Virus record (IMG/VR): IMGVR_UViG_3300023184_009074
Span: 1 to 64,000 of that record
Length of the DNA stretch: 64,000 bases
Reading direction: 5' to 3' (one strand)
Source: a virus
This document shows, one piece after another, positions 18,743 to 28,821 of the stretch (position 1 is its first letter; each line of letters opens with the position of its first letter). Both the position numbers and the translations under genes were made by a program. The notes under the pieces were generated by a model, which did no database searches, was not told the origin of the DNA, and worked only from the letters and a program-made list of their open reading frames with translations.

Positions 18743-18836
18743 TTTTCTCTTTTTTAATATAAAACAATTTAAAGTATATATGTTTTAAAGTTTAAATTAA
18801 GCTAATTTTTTTGCTGGTTCGGTTTGTTAAATATAT

Positions 18837-19166
18837 TTATAATGGAACATGAAATATTTTTATTGTTAAAATTCCAATAACAATTAGAATTAATCCTATT
18901 ATTTGATTTAAATTAAATTTAAATTGAAATATAAAAATTGGAATTAAATAACCAATAAAAATAAGCATAAAATCCCAGTATATGCCATTTATTAATATAT
19001 CTTCTTTATTATTTAACTTTTTAATAAGTAGGAAATAACACATTGAGCTAAACAAATTACAACAAATTGATACTGGCAGAAACCAATTTGTTTTTCTTGT
19101 AGGTTCATGGAATGTAATTAACATTACTACCAAGTAGAAAAAAGAAGCAATTATATAATATTGCAT
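18837..19166 (-). CDS. small 4-TM membrane protein (DMT/SMR-like)
   Basis: Four hydrophobic helices; C-terminal QIIGLILIVIGI. Confidence 0.7.
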   Translation of the reverse strand: MQYYIIASFFYLVVMLITFHEPTRKTNWFLPVSICCNLFSSMCYFLLIKKLNNKEDILINGIYWDFMLIFIGYLIPIFIFQFKFNLNQIIGLILIVIGILTIKIFHVPL

Positions 19167-19180
19167 GTTTATTCCTTTAG

Positions 19181-19999
19181 TTAGTAAGTGCTAAATATTC
19201 TTTCTATGTTTTCTGAAATATCTTCTATTTTTTGAGTATTTGCAAAAACTTCATCCCATTCAGAAGGTTGAATTTCCCATTCTGTAGATTTCATAGATGT
19301 CGATATTTCATTTCCCCAAGTTCTAATTAATCCTAAGTTTGGTACATTTTCTAAATGAATTTGGAATTGCAAAGCTCTTCTGAAACTTGGTAATCCATTA
19401 CCTCCACCTTTGTATTCATAACAAATTGTATAGTTGTGATTATTTATCTTTACTACTTCTGTGAAAAACATAATTTTTGGATGTTTGTTTCTTAATACTT
19501 GTGAAGTTTTAATTACAAGTTTTAAGAAATCTTCATTTGAATATCCTTCTTTGCAGTACTTAATATTTTTTTCATCTAGCTTTATAAGTTGATCGTAAAT
19601 ATATTGTGCTATTTTTTCTTCATCATTTACACCAGTTAAATGTTTAAAATCATTTACCAATGGATAGCATTTAATTAAAATTGGTGCTGGATGACCTTTT
19701 AAATCTTTTATATCTCTTCTCAATAATATTTTAAAAGATCCAAGTGGAGACACAGATATTATGAATTTACCATAGCTATCTCCAAATTCTAAAACACTTG
19801 ATTTTGATCTATATGCTTTTTTATTATTTAATGGACCTAATCTTTGTAAATTGTCTAAAAGAAGATTAGAGTCTAAGTGTTGAATTGGATTTTGATCGTA
19901 AACTTCATCTTCTTTTGAAGATTTTTTATTAATTTCTCCAAAACCATATAAATCTTCTGGAGTTTTATTAAACCATGTTTTAAATTCAAGAAGCATCAT
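19181..19999 (-). CDS. hypothetical protein with a CTS-like N-terminus (start moved to 19999)
   Basis: MMLLEFKTWF follows TATATA-N4; the longer ORF-track call overlaps the divergent gene. Confidence 0.75.
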   Translation of the reverse strand: MMLLEFKTWFNKTPEDLYGFGEINKKSSKEDEVYDQNPIQHLDSNLLLDNLQRLGPLNNKKAYRSKSSVLEFGDSYGKFIISVSPLGSFKILLRRDIKDLKGHPAPILIKCYPLVNDFKHLTGVNDEEKIAQYIYDQLIKLDEKNIKYCKEGYSNEDFLKLVIKTSQVLRNKHPKIMFFTEVVKINNHNYTICYEYKGGGNGLPSFRRALQFQIHLENVPNLGLIRTWGNEISTSMKSTEWEIQPSEWDEVFANTQKIEDISENIERIFSTY

Positions 20000-20003
20000 A
20001 ATA

Positions 20004-20009
20004 TATATA
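20004..20009. promoter_or_regulatory. palindromic bidirectional late-promoter box
   Basis: CAT-aata-TATATA-tgat-ATG: 4 nt from each divergent start codon. Confidence 0.65.
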
Positions 20010-20013
20010 TGAT

Positions 20014-20334
20014 ATGAAACATTTAAATTTTTATAATTGGTTGTTAAATGAAGAACAATCTTCTTATGTTCAAAAAATAAAACAATTGAAAAATGCTTTG
20101 GGGCTTTCTGTGCAAGTAGACGACACAGATGGAATAAAAGCTGCTGGAAATATACCATTAAGCGATATAGAGAAAGATAACATTAAGAATTTTAAAACAA
20201 ATTATATGTATACGGATGTTGGAGTGGAAGATAATAGAAAAGAAAATCAAACTGCTATAGACGAATTATTAAGTTCCCCAAATAAAAATGTTAGTGATCT
20301 TGCAAATCTTATGGTTGGTTTAGAAAGCAAATAA
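20014..20334 (+). CDS. putative internal virion protein (CTS-like N-terminus)
   Basis: MKHLNFYNWLLNEE. Confidence 0.7.
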   Translation: MKHLNFYNWLLNEEQSSYVQKIKQLKNALGLSVQVDDTDGIKAAGNIPLSDIEKDNIKNFKTNYMYTDVGVEDNRKENQTAIDELLSSPNKNVSDLANLMVGLESK

Positions 20335-20343
20335 CCTATAAAT

Positions 20344-20375
20344 AAAAAAGCAGCCCTTTTATAGGACTGCTTTTT
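20344..20375. terminator. bidirectional intrinsic terminator
   Basis: aaaaagcagccct...aggactgcttttt between convergent genes. Confidence 0.75.
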
Positions 20376-20400
20376 AAATATAAGTATAATATTTATAGTA

Positions 20401-20979
20401 TTACATTTGTGGTCTGTCTGCTGGATTTAATTCATTTTCTCCTCTTTGGTTATCCATATTAGATATATGTTTTTTTAAAACCATCTCAATTTTTTCTAGT
20501 GGATCTTGAATAAATCGTTTAAGAGCACCTAAATACTCTTTATCATCAAATCTTCCTATTGATCTATTTCTGGCCATAGGATCAGTTGAATAACTTCTTC
20601 CTTTATTTAATTCTGAAAGTATGTCATCTACAGCCCGAATCATCATTGCTTGGTCTGATGGAGAATTTTTATCAAAGTGTTGTGCGAATGCATTACTAAA
20701 TCGGTGTAATGGTTCTATAATATTTCTATCAACGGCTTGAAAGTTTTCGTCATTAGGCAACAGGGCTAAATATCTTAGTTGTGGAATGCTATCTTTTTTG
20801 TCATTGCCTAATACATGCTCTATGTGATTTATTAAAGTAACAATACCTGCTTTGAATCTACTAGAATTTTCTTGATCCATTTGAGCAATATGGGTAGCAG
20901 TGTTAAGCCTAGCCATTTCAGAGAATTCTTTATAAAATGATTTATCACGATTTTTAATAAACTGATTAAAACTTTTCAT
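20401..20979 (-). CDS. putative internal virion protein (CTS-like N-terminus)
   Basis: MKSFNQFIKNRD; shares a 22-nt 5' UTR segment with the 18742 gene. Confidence 0.7.
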   Translation of the reverse strand: MKSFNQFIKNRDKSFYKEFSEMARLNTATHIAQMDQENSSRFKAGIVTLINHIEHVLGNDKKDSIPQLRYLALLPNDENFQAVDRNIIEPLHRFSNAFAQHFDKNSPSDQAMMIRAVDDILSELNKGRSYSTDPMARNRSIGRFDDKEYLGALKRFIQDPLEKIEMVLKKHISNMDNQRGENELNPADRPQM

Positions 20980-21047
20980 TTTTTTCCTTTTTAATATAAA
21001 ACAATTTAATTTATATATAATTAATTAATAATAAATTTAAATAAATT

Positions 21048-23288
21048 TTAAAATTTTAAATCATCTATAGAATCAAGTATTTTAATTTTATGCCCTTGTT
21101 TTTCTAATATACTTATTCTTTTTTCTGAATGTTTTTCTAAATATTCATTATTTTCAAATAAGAAGTCATAATAATTTAAACCATTTTTATCTTTAGCTAT
21201 TCTTAAACCTCTACCCATGCGTTGAATAATTAAATGGTCGGCTGAACCACCACAAGAATTTATTATGTTGTGTACGAAAACATTAATGCCTGTATTAAAT
21301 ATTTGTTGAGTAGCAATTGCCATTACATTACCTTGTGCTTTTTGAAGTTGATCTATAACTTCTTGTCTTACTTCGTCATTGTCTTCACCTTTAACCCAAA
21401 AAGCATTAGGCAATCTATATTTTAAAATATCACCATGCTGTATTCGATCAACAAGAATCAATGTTCTTCCTGTACATTTATTAGCAAGGTTCTCAACTAT
21501 ATCGTGAAAATAGTGATTTTCTACAATGCCATGTTGTACTGCATCTTGATAAATTACATGTTCTAATTTTTCTCCTTTTATTTTAATAAAGAAGCAAGAG
21601 CTTTTAGATAGTCTTCCACGATCTTGAAGTTCTTTAGTAGTTAATAAACCACTTTCTGTAGCAGTTGTTTTAAGGATTGGCCCAAAAAAACCTTTTACAT
21701 AATACTTTTGTACTTTATCTGTTTCTCCATATTTAAATGGTGTCGCAGAAAGTCCTATTCGGATACCACAATTAATCATTTTCTTATAAACAGCTTTAGG
21801 AGTTTTGCTCATCATATCGTGAATTTCGTCAACAATAAGAACTTTAAACTTTGGTAATAACTTAGTTATTTTGCTACAAGATTGAACAGTAGCAACGGTA
21901 ATTAGATTTGGTTCATTGTAGGTGTGATAAAGTCTTCCTACATTTTTAAAACCCCATTTTATTAATTCATTGTAGTTTTGAATAGCAAGTGATTTGCGAT
22001 TTTGAACAACTAAAATAGGAGTATTAGGAGGAAGGCATTTTATAATGCTTGTTAATATAAAAGTATTGTGAGTTACAACAAAATTATTTGTCAGGTATAA
22101 TTGATCTGGATGATCAACACTAATACAAGCACAATCTTTTTCTTCTGTATATTCGATTTTATCAATATATCTTATTGGTTTAAAACAAGATAAATTTTTA
22201 TAAGTTTTAATTTTCTCTATATCTGAAAATGGCATTATTTCTTTTGGTAGTATAATTCCTGTAAGAAAAATCATTCTATTTTTTCTTATTTTTAACTTTG
22301 TGTAAGTTATTCCACCTAGAGATTGTACTAGTTGTTTAATTTGGTCGTTTAATATTTTTGAATAAGAAACATAATAAATTGATCTTTTACCGAATAAAGA
22401 TCTTCCATCTAATAATCCACATAACAATTTAATTCTATTATCATAAGAGTTAAATAAATATTCATCTGGTATTATTGTTTCTTTGGCTAATTTATTTTTT
22501 TCGTAATTAATTACATTACTTATTATCAATCCAAAGAAATAAGGTTCTGTTTTTGTTTGTTTTTCTAAAAAATCAACTCTTTTTGGAGTTGGAACAAATA
22601 CTTTATTTTTTTCATGCATTAAGTCTTTTGCTTCAACAATTTTTGTTTCTTTATTTATCTTTACCTTCCAGAGATGATTTTCGCAGCATTCAACAACATC
22701 GCCATTATTGAATGTTATTTGAACTATTTTCTTTTTTCCTTGTGGGAATATTCCTCGTAATTCTGCATATCCACCATTTGGAACACATACTTTATCTTTT
22801 AATTTTAAATCTTTTAATTTAACAAAACCATTTTGGGTAGCAATCAAGGAATTATAAGGTTGTGCTTTACCAGAACTTGTAGGAGCAAATACAATTCCTC
22901 TTTGATGTTTAACAGCTTGGTTGGTAAAATCTACTTGATAATCTTCTAGTTTTATTTTATCAATTCCTTCTGGGAGCCATTGATTTAAGAAATTTTCATC
23001 AATTTCTTTAATTATAAAGTCAAACTTATCTCTAAGGTCATCAATTTCATAATCTATATTTTTTAATTTTAATGCCATTAATATCTCTGGTAACAGCCCT
23101 GTCAGAAATTTACCAGAATCTTTATTAAAGAACGATGTGTATCCGTCCCAAATTTTTTGTTTGTAAAGTCTGTTGTGAAAATAGTTCCTTTCTCTGAACT
23201 TTAAACAGTTGCAAAGCATATCCTTGGTAGTTACATCAGATGTAATTACTTGACTTATATCATTTTTAACCATTATTTTAACTGACAT
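21048..23288 (-). CDS. uvsW: UvsW-like SF2 helicase containing an intein
   Basis: WDGY, LEDYQ, APTSSGK|T split by the intein, DEIH, GLSATP, IQRMGRGLR. Confidence 0.9.
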   Translation of the reverse strand: MSVKIMVKNDISQVITSDVTTKDMLCNCLKFRERNYFHNRLYKQKIWDGYTSFFNKDSGKFLTGLLPEILMALKLKNIDYEIDDLRDKFDFIIKEIDENFLNQWLPEGIDKIKLEDYQVDFTNQAVKHQRGIVFAPTSSGKAQPYNSLIATQNGFVKLKDLKLKDKVCVPNGGYAELRGIFPQGKKKIVQITFNNGDVVECCENHLWKVKINKETKIVEAKDLMHEKNKVFVPTPKRVDFLEKQTKTEPYFFGLIISNVINYEKNKLAKETIIPDEYLFNSYDNRIKLLCGLLDGRSLFGKRSIYYVSYSKILNDQIKQLVQSLGGITYTKLKIRKNRMIFLTGIILPKEIMPFSDIEKIKTYKNLSCFKPIRYIDKIEYTEEKDCACISVDHPDQLYLTNNFVVTHNTFILTSIIKCLPPNTPILVVQNRKSLAIQNYNELIKWGFKNVGRLYHTYNEPNLITVATVQSCSKITKLLPKFKVLIVDEIHDMMSKTPKAVYKKMINCGIRIGLSATPFKYGETDKVQKYYVKGFFGPILKTTATESGLLTTKELQDRGRLSKSSCFFIKIKGEKLEHVIYQDAVQHGIVENHYFHDIVENLANKCTGRTLILVDRIQHGDILKYRLPNAFWVKGEDNDEVRQEVIDQLQKAQGNVMAIATQQIFNTGINVFVHNIINSCGGSADHLIIQRMGRGLRIAKDKNGLNYYDFLFENNEYLEKHSEKRISILEKQGHKIKILDSIDDLKF
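22065..22865 (-). mobile_element. class 3 intein (267 aa) with a degenerate LAGLIDADG domain
   Basis: Starts AQP after GK and ends THN before T; block B HLW, block F Cys (CACISV), block G Thr (WCT signature); remnants EPYFFGLII and LLCGLLDGRS. Confidence 0.88.
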
Positions 23289-23368
23289 AATTTTTCCTTA
23301 AGATAAGGTTTTATTATAAAAAAGTAAATTTAGAAAAGCAAATTATTTATTCAATTAATAAATATAGT

Positions 23369-23821
23369 ATGAAGAAATATAATGAATGGTTAAAAGAAGA
23401 AGCCGAATTAGTGTTAACTACACCAATTCCAGTTGCACCAACTGCTGTTTCACAGACTGTTGCTCAAAAGGCAGTTTACCAAGCAGATAAAACAAAATTA
23501 AAGAATAAAGCTTGGAAAGCAAGTAAAGATGAAATATTAACATTTTGGAGAAGTGTTGCTGGTAATTCACCAATTCAATTAAAACCTATTCCTTACAATC
23601 ACAAAGGAACTACAATTCAAGAAGATGGCATAAGAATTACTGGTACTAAAGAATTTATCGCAAGTATTCTTTCTAGAATGAAGGAATTGATTAATTTTGA
23701 AAATGATAATAATAAATTAATAATTTCTTACAGGCAATCACCTAAAAGCTTAATACCTGGAAATAAAGAAAGTTATATGTTTTATTTGCAAATAAAAGAA
23801 AGAGGTCAAAAATCTAAGTAA
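23369..23821 (+). CDS. hypothetical protein with a CTS-like N-terminus
   Basis: MKKYNEWLKEE; TAAATA-N4-ATG. Confidence 0.75.
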   Translation: MKKYNEWLKEEAELVLTTPIPVAPTAVSQTVAQKAVYQADKTKLKNKAWKASKDEILTFWRSVAGNSPIQLKPIPYNHKGTTIQEDGIRITGTKEFIASILSRMKELINFENDNNKLIISYRQSPKSLIPGNKESYMFYLQIKERGQKSK

Positions 23822-24010
23822 TTAAACATTAATAAGTTTTTGCATGTCTTCGTAAGCTTTAATAATTTTTTCTTCTTTGTTGTTGTTGTTTGAATGTATT
23901 ATTTCTTGGATTTTTTCTTGCATTTGATTATGTTGTTTTTCAACTTCTTCAGTGTTTTTAAAAATTTTCTTTGCTTTGTTAACAATTAAATTCAAATTTT
24001 CTTGCAACAT
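23822..24010 (-). CDS. small hypothetical coiled-coil protein
   Basis: ORF with an AAGGA RBS upstream. Confidence 0.55.
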   Translation of the reverse strand: MLQENLNLIVNKAKKIFKNTEEVEKQHNQMQEKIQEIIHSNNNNKEEKIIKAYEDMQKLINV

Positions 24011-24131
24011 AAAGAATTATCCTTTTGTTTTAACAAATAATAATTTATTTACTTTTTTAAAAATAAAATTTAATAATTTTTTGTTTATATTCCTACCAAA
24101 AAAAATTAATAATAATTAACTACATATTATT

Positions 24132-24503
24132 ATGGAAATGAATTTCAAAAAATGGTTAAATGAAGTGGTTGCTCCATTATCTGCTTCTGGGATTAAAACT
24201 ACAGCAACGACAGGAACAGTTCAAACTAATGCTATAACGCCTAATTCATCTGGACAAAAAGGTATTGAAGATAAAAATTTATCAAAAAATATTACAGATT
24301 TAGCTGGCATTATGCAAAGAGATCTTCAAAAAACAGGTCAAAGCATTAATGACATGACTAAAAAGGCTGTCAACAAAGATTTAAGTGGTATTGTTGGAAT
24401 GTTTAGAGCATATGATGCAAAAAACAAAAATAAACTTCCTAAAGATGATAAAGTTTTGGCTGCTGCAATTACAGGTTTAACTGGACAAGGAGAAACGAAA
24501 TGA
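24132..24503 (+). CDS. hypothetical protein with a CTS-like N-terminus
   Basis: MEMNFKKWLNE; TACATA-N5-ATG. Confidence 0.75.
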   Translation: MEMNFKKWLNEVVAPLSASGIKTTATTGTVQTNAITPNSSGQKGIEDKNLSKNITDLAGIMQRDLQKTGQSINDMTKKAVNKDLSGIVGMFRAYDAKNKNKLPKDDKVLAAAITGLTGQGETK

Positions 24504-24850
24504 TTAATTTTCTAGAATATGTCAATATTCTTGCAGAAGCAGACGCACCAGCGTTAGGAGCACCACCTGCTGGCGGTGCAATGCCTCCTCCTCCTGCTGG
24601 CGGTGGTGCTGGCGGTGCTGGCGGTGCTGGCGGTGCTGGCGGTGGTGCTGGTGATATGGGTGCACTTTCTGCTCCTTCTTCTGCACCTTCTCCTGTTCCT
24701 GCTGCAAGTGGTGGTGGTGGTGCTCCTCCTATGGATGCTATGGGTGGTGCAGCACCAGCTGGTGATGTCAGTGCTTTAAAAACTCCAAACATAAACCTAG
24801 AAGATGCTTATGATCATTTAGAAGATTTCTTTAATAAAAATAAAAAATAG
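24500..24850 (+). CDS. Gly/Ala/Pro-rich low-complexity protein with a CTS-like N-terminus
   Basis: MINFLEYVNILAE; gctggcggt (AGG) repeats; ATGA overlap with the upstream gene. Confidence 0.75.
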   Translation: MINFLEYVNILAEADAPALGAPPAGGAMPPPPAGGGAGGAGGAGGAGGGAGDMGALSAPSSAPSPVPAASGGGGAPPMDAMGGAAPAGDVSALKTPNINLEDAYDHLEDFFNKNKK

Positions 24851-24856
24851 TTTAGA

Positions 24857-24885
24857 TTGACAAAATTAGAAAATATCATTATTTT
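24857..24885 (+). promoter_or_regulatory. sigma70-type promoter for gp47/gp46
   Basis: TTGACA-N17-TATTTT. Confidence 0.55.
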
Positions 24886-24913
24886 AAGGCTTTAGTCTTT
24901 CAAGAAAGATTCC

Positions 24914-26011
24914 ATGGCCAGAATACTGCTTTTCTCAGACATTCACATTCACAATCATAAAAAATCTTATGACAGGTTAAATGATTGTTTAAAAGCCTTG
25001 CAATGGGTTTTTGATACAGCCAAGAAAGAGAATATTAAAAGTATAATATTTGGCGGTGACATTTTACATGAAAGACAAAAAATAGATATATTTGTTTACA
25101 ATCAAATTTATAATATTTTAAGCGTAAATTTAAAAGGTTCTGGAATTAATTTTTATTGTTTATTGGGAAATCATGATTTATGGTTTAATGAAAACACAAG
25201 CATAAGTGGGGTTTATCCTTTTCAATCTATAGAAGGGTTTAAAGTTGTTTCAAACCCAGAAACAATTTTTGTTGAGAATTCCACATGGGATTTCTTGCCG
25301 TTTACACATGATCCATTAGACTCTATGAAAAATTTTGCTAATGATAAATTAAATGAAAAATACTTAATTGGCCACATTTCAATAGATGGAGCAGTATTAA
25401 ACTCTTCTGGTAATATATCAGATGTAATTATTGAACATGATGGAGAAATGGTAAAAGTATCAAAGGATATATTTCTTCATTATAAACATTCTTTTTTTGG
25501 TCATTATCATCAAGGACAATCTTTAGCAGAGAATGTTGAATATATTGGATCTCCGCTTGAATTATCTTTTGGAGAAGCTGGAGAACAAAAACACATTATA
25601 ATTCTTGATACTGATAAAAATGAAAAAAAATATGTAATTAATGATTTTAGTCCGAAGCACATTTATATTTACGAAAATGAACTTGAAAAAATTAAAACAG
25701 ATAAGTTAAAAAATAATTTTATATGCCTTCTAAGCACTGATGTCTCATCATTTAAAACCAAAGAATTTTCAGATTTTATAAAAGAAAATTGTGATATTTT
25801 ATCTTTTCAAATAAAAAGCGTTTCACTTAAAGATGAATCAGTCAGCTTAGATAAAACCATAATAGAAGATGCAAAGTCTTTGATGTTAAATGATGAAAAA
25901 TTAATTTCTATGTATGTTGAAAAACAAGATGTTAAATCTTTAGATAAAACTATTTTAGCAGAAATAGGAAATAAAATAATTAAACTAATGAGCGAAAAAG
26001 TAAATGATTAA
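24914..26011 (+). CDS. gp47/SbcD/Mre11-like nuclease
   Basis: SDIH, GDILH, GNHD, GHYH and YIGSP motifs. Confidence 0.92.
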   Translation: MARILLFSDIHIHNHKKSYDRLNDCLKALQWVFDTAKKENIKSIIFGGDILHERQKIDIFVYNQIYNILSVNLKGSGINFYCLLGNHDLWFNENTSISGVYPFQSIEGFKVVSNPETIFVENSTWDFLPFTHDPLDSMKNFANDKLNEKYLIGHISIDGAVLNSSGNISDVIIEHDGEMVKVSKDIFLHYKHSFFGHYHQGQSLAENVEYIGSPLELSFGEAGEQKHIIILDTDKNEKKYVINDFSPKHIYIYENELEKIKTDKLKNNFICLLSTDVSSFKTKEFSDFIKENCDILSFQIKSVSLKDESVSLDKTIIEDAKSLMLNDEKLISMYVEKQDVKSLDKTILAEIGNKIIKLMSEKVND

Positions 26012-26723
26012 AAAAATAATAATTCCTTTAAATTATGATACTTATAATTCCAACATAACATTTAATCTTATAGCATATTATAAATATGTTTTAAAATATT
26101 CTGGTGATTTAATTATTAGTATTAAAAAGCATATTGATGAAATGAATCTTTCAAGGTTGCCAATTAAAGATTGTTGTTTTCATGATTATTCTTTTTTAGA
26201 AAGCTGTTGTCAATATTTTAGTAATTGTGCTGGAGATGATGATGATTACTATGCTTCAGTTCAAAACAATGTAATAATACAGAAATTTGAAATTATTGAT
26301 GATAATTATGATGCATTTATAAAATACAATACTAATATTTTAGGCGTTAAATCTTATAACAAAATTAACACAAGAGTAATTGTAGCCAAAAAGAAAACAT
26401 GGAAAGAAATAAATTCTTTTTATGATATATTAAAAAATAATTTTTCAATTTATAAGAAAATAGAAGAAAATTTATTTTTTGAAAGAATAGTAAATGGATT
26501 AGATATAAAAATAAAAAGCATTAATAAGTTGCAATTTATGGATTATAAAATTGAATTTGATTATTTGAATGGCGAATTTTTATTCAGATATCAAAAGCCA
26601 AATTTTATAAATTTTAAAGATGGAATTGGAAAAGAAAAAGAACTAAGTAATATTTTATTTGAAGAAAACAAAGATTTAGTTTATAGTTGGCGAGAAGACT
26701 GTGGCGAACTTAAGATAATTTGA
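26004..26723 (+). CDS. hypothetical protein inserted between gp47 and gp46
   Basis: Open ORF overlapping the gp47 stop codon. Confidence 0.65.
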   Translation: MIKKIIIPLNYDTYNSNITFNLIAYYKYVLKYSGDLIISIKKHIDEMNLSRLPIKDCCFHDYSFLESCCQYFSNCAGDDDDYYASVQNNVIIQKFEIIDDNYDAFIKYNTNILGVKSYNKINTRVIVAKKKTWKEINSFYDILKNNFSIYKKIEENLFFERIVNGLDIKIKSINKLQFMDYKIEFDYLNGEFLFRYQKPNFINFKDGIGKEKELSNILFEENKDLVYSWREDCGELKII

Positions 26724-26732
26724 AAAATAAAA

Positions 26733-28733
26733 ATGAAACAATTGAATTTTAAAAAAATAAAAGCACAAAATTTTTTCTGTTTTGGAAATAAAGGAATTGA
26801 AATTGATTTTGAGCAATACAATAATATTATTCTTATAAATGGAATTAACAAAGATGTAGTGGATCAAAATGGAAAATTTTCTTCAAATGGTTCTGGCAAA
26901 TCAACTATTCCTCAGATATTAACTTATTGCTTTTATGGCAAGCCAATTAAATCTCCTAAGAAAATAAGTCACAAAGATATTATTAATAACAAAAACGCTA
27001 AGAAGCTTAGCGTAGAAGTGACATTTGATAATTATAAAATAATAAGGACAAGAAAGCCTGATTCTTTAAGAGTATGGAAGAGCGATGATGGTGTTTGGGA
27101 TGATTCTACAGAGATAACATTGGGAGGAATGCCTTCTACTCAAGAATTAATTAATAATATTGTTGGTCTTTCTTATGAATCTTTTTTAAATGTTTGTATT
27201 TTCACAGACGATAATAATTCTTGTTTCTTAGAACTTGAAGCTATTGAAAAGAGAAAGATTGTAGAAAACTTACTTAATCTTGAGAAGTATAGACTTTATT
27301 TGGAAGTAACAAAAGAATTAATTAAAGAAAATAAAGATAAAATAAAAGCTTCATCTTTAGAAATTTCTTATATTGATAATAATAAAAAAACGATTGAATC
27401 TAATGTTTCTATTATAAAAAGAAACATAGAATCATATAAAACAAATTTAATAAATGAAATAAATTTTATTGATAAGAAAATACAAGACTTAAAAAATCAA
27501 ATAGTAAATTCTTCTTATGATGAAGATTTTAAAAAATATGAAGATGCACAAGAAAATATTAAAAAAATAGATTCTGCTTTAGAATCTTTGGAAACTAAAA
27601 AAACTGAAGTTTCTTTGAAAATACAAGATTTATATGAATCTTATAAAAAAGCAATTTCTAATAAATCAGATCACGATTTGATTTTAACACAGGAGAAAAA
27701 CAATGTTTCTGTAATTTTGAAACTAATTGATGAATTGAATAAGAGAATTTCAAAATTTCAAAACATTGAACCAAACATTACTTGCGATAAATGTTATGGA
27801 ACTATTAACCCAGAAAACTATCAAGAGTTTTTCGACAAAGCAATTATTGATAAAAATATTCAAGAAAAAGAAATTGAAAAAGCAAAAGAAAAATTAAACG
27901 AGGAATTAATAAAACAAAAAGACTTGTCTGAAAAAATAAGTTCCTTAAATGAAAACATTAATAAGATAAAAGCATTTTATGATAAGATTTCTGCCGAAGA
28001 AACAAAACTTAAAAATGGAAGAAGTGTTTATTTTTCTGTGAAAAAGCCAGAACAAACCAATCAAGAAATCATTATTAAAAGCAAGGTTGAATCTTTGCAA
28101 GAAGAAAAAGCAGATAAAAACAAGCAACTTATAGAGAAGAATCCACATGAAGAATTACTTGATCAAAATAATAAAAGCTTAGAAGAAATTAAAGAAAAAT
28201 ATGATGGCATTAAAAAACAAATAGCAGATACAGAAGCACTTTATTCTTATTATGATTTTTGGGCTGATGCATTTGGTGATGATGGAATTAGAAAATTTGT
28301 TATAAATGAAATTGTACCAGCATTAAATTCAAAACTTGATTATTGGCTTCAAATATTAATTGATAATAAAATTAAAGTATCATTTGATGATTCTTTGAAT
28401 GAAACTATAACTAAATATCCTGACAACGACAAAGAATTAATTTATGCTGTCTTAAGCAATGGACAAAAAAGAAGAATAAACTTGGCTGTAACACAAGCAT
28501 TTGCACATGTCATGATGCTTAGTCATGGTATTTGTCCAAATATAATATTCCTAGATGAAATTTCTACAAACATAGATTCGATTGGCATACATGCAATTTA
28601 TAATATGATTTGTGAATTATCAAAAAATAAAAAAGTTTTTATTACCACTCATGACCAAGATCTTATTTCTATGCTAAGTGGTTGCCAGGAAATAACTTTG
28701 GAATTAAAAAATGGTGAAAGTTCCTTAAAATAG
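26733..28733 (+). CDS. gp46/SbcC/Rad50-like ATPase
   Basis: NGSGKS, coiled coil, CDKC zinc hook, LSNGQ, IFLDE, TTH. Confidence 0.93.
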   Translation: MKQLNFKKIKAQNFFCFGNKGIEIDFEQYNNIILINGINKDVVDQNGKFSSNGSGKSTIPQILTYCFYGKPIKSPKKISHKDIINNKNAKKLSVEVTFDNYKIIRTRKPDSLRVWKSDDGVWDDSTEITLGGMPSTQELINNIVGLSYESFLNVCIFTDDNNSCFLELEAIEKRKIVENLLNLEKYRLYLEVTKELIKENKDKIKASSLEISYIDNNKKTIESNVSIIKRNIESYKTNLINEINFIDKKIQDLKNQIVNSSYDEDFKKYEDAQENIKKIDSALESLETKKTEVSLKIQDLYESYKKAISNKSDHDLILTQEKNNVSVILKLIDELNKRISKFQNIEPNITCDKCYGTINPENYQEFFDKAIIDKNIQEKEIEKAKEKLNEELIKQKDLSEKISSLNENINKIKAFYDKISAEETKLKNGRSVYFSVKKPEQTNQEIIIKSKVESLQEEKADKNKQLIEKNPHEELLDQNNKSLEEIKEKYDGIKKQIADTEALYSYYDFWADAFGDDGIRKFVINEIVPALNSKLDYWLQILIDNKIKVSFDDSLNETITKYPDNDKELIYAVLSNGQKRRINLAVTQAFAHVMMLSHGICPNIIFLDEISTNIDSIGIHAIYNMICELSKNKKVFITTHDQDLISMLSGCQEITLELKNGESSLK

Positions 28734-28821
28734 ATTTGATTTTTTATAAAAGTAAATTTAAAATAGAATTCAGAAGCATAAATAAAATCCACAAATTAAA
28801 AAGTTGAATTGAAAGGTTAAA

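Noticed and set aside
20000-20158. N-terminal 53 aa of the ORF-track call 19181..20158
   Set aside because: It overlaps the divergent gene in antisense; ATG 19999 has the late box and the tag motif.
24469-24792. Alternative-frame and antisense ORFs over the GC-rich Gly/Ala/Pro gene (24469-, 24522-, 24576+)
   Set aside because: These are shadows of the gctggcggt repeat; only 24500..24850 has translational coupling and the tag motif.
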